Of a DNA stretch of 64,000 nucleotides, positions 62,619 to 64,000 are shown piece after piece. The translations under genes were made by a program, and so were the position numbers. The stretch is from Podarcis liolepis (Eukaryota): the NCBI GenBank assembly GCA_965112155.1, contig OZ218098.1; one strand, 5' to 3'. Position 1 is the stretch's first letter; the number at the start of each line of letters is the position of its first letter. Under the pieces are notes generated by a model. That model ran no database searches. It was not told where the DNA came from and saw only the letters and a program-made list of their open reading frames with translations.

Positions 62619-64000
62619 TCTCCCTGTTAATCATTTGTTCAACCCACACTTTACAATGCACTTCCCTGTACCATTCCTAACTTCAGAAAGTCAGTTTCTT
62701 TTTAAAAGGTATAATTGACTGCAATATAATTGACACTCTGGAGCCACCTTTAAGAATTCCTATCCTAGATCTGCTGGGTGTTATTGAAGTGCTTGTTATA
62801 ATTAATTTTTAAGGGCTGAGTTCAGGGGTAGCCAAAGTTGTGTCCTCCATATTCTTGTGTTCTCCTATTTTCCTTGAACACAGGCCATGCTGGCTGGAGC
62901 TGGAGTCTAACAAAAAATTAGTCAGTCCCAGAAAGGCAACAATAGGAATAAAATAGCTCCTTACTAAGAATACAGATTGCCCCTAACAAATAAATGCAAT
63001 AGGGGCAATTGGAGCTTTTCCTAAGCAACACAATTCAGCAACCAAAACGGCCGCTAGCAAAGCTTTAACAAGCCTTTCATTTCTGCTTCCTGCCTGGGTC
63101 GGGCAAAAATGGGAGTTTTATTGAAGATTTTACCAGGCCTCCATACATGGCTGGTGATCTGTGGTGGCCAGGTCACAAACTGTGCAGACCTAGTCCCTCA
63201 AAAGCAGTTCTCATGTGGCAAAACAAAACTCAAAAGCTGGCACTGAAGTGAATGTGCAGTTTAAATTGTTTAAGAGAGTAAGAAGGGCAGTGACGGCATC
63301 TCTCTGTAGATCTGACATTCCCACTCCTTTGCATCGTATACTTTTTCCACTGGGAGGGTTAAGCCCTGCAAAAATAAACTCAAAGAATATACAATGTGAG
63401 CATCTCATTTTAATGACTCACATTTATCTTATATCTTTAATCCTCAGATGCCCTTTCAGAAAAGTCACAAATGCGCAATTCTGTGCTCTGGATTGTCCTT
63501 CACTTTGGATTAGAAATGTCAGAAATGATCCTGGTCTTAATCAATCTAATTTACTGCAGTGCTTAATTATTCTTTTGCATCCAACCTCATCACTCATTAA
63601 TGCCCTGGAAATTTTAAGGGAGGAGAAGTCTGCTGATTCTAGCTGCTCTGGGCTTTTTTTTTCTTTTTCCCCATTAACCGTGTGCAACCCATCTAGAATG
63701 AAATACTAAAAAAGTTGGCAGCCGTGCCCAGTTGTCAGTGGTACTGCCAAGTCATCAGCAGGCACAGTTTGATTCGCATCTTCTCCCAATGGGGAAATTC
63801 CATCTGCGACTCCTTGGTCCTTGTCCTAAAAATCTGTTTTAACAATGCCTTTTTTAAAAAGTTGTTTTTTTAATGTGCCCTAACACACATGGGATTTAAG
63901 GGAGCAGTTGTTTCCATCCTTTGTTCATCGCAATCCGTGCTCTTTCTGTTCTGCTACAGTTCAGCTTCCTCTAAAACCTACATTGTTTGTCTCACCATGT

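Noticed and set aside
1-64000. Most 60-185 aa ORFs in the six-frame track as genes
   Set aside because: They have no recognisable domains, many use non-ATG starts, and they overlap repeats or microsatellites. This is the expected chance background in vertebrate non-coding DNA.

Overview
This is vertebrate nuclear DNA from a squamate reptile. The mix of Sauria SINEs, Squam2/POM-type and Squam3-type SINEs, BovB, CR1, L1, L2, Penelope and hAT/Tigger MITEs suggests a lacertid lizard (inference). The window is essentially non-coding. All long ORFs are transposon remnants: a CR1 RT ORF (40941-42588), an L1 ORF2 C-terminus, BovB, two RTE copies and a deleted mariner. The best host-gene candidate is a CpG-containing, TE-free minus-strand 5' exon structure at about 10.9-11.7 kb (unidentified gene). 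Several TAAT-rich, TE-free blocks look like conserved non-coding enhancers. Most interesting observations: (1) divergent TG..CA solo LTRs that share a relic reading frame, in the same phase from the LTR's first base, encoding an acidic/Trp-rich then (S/F)PR/Arg-rich peptide; (2) a ~105-bp Penelope-type insertion with a 12-bp TSD that is little more than a minimal hammerhead ribozyme; (3) a multi-layer nested transposon stack at 48.0-50.3 kb. TE family names come from my recognition of motifs, not from database searches.
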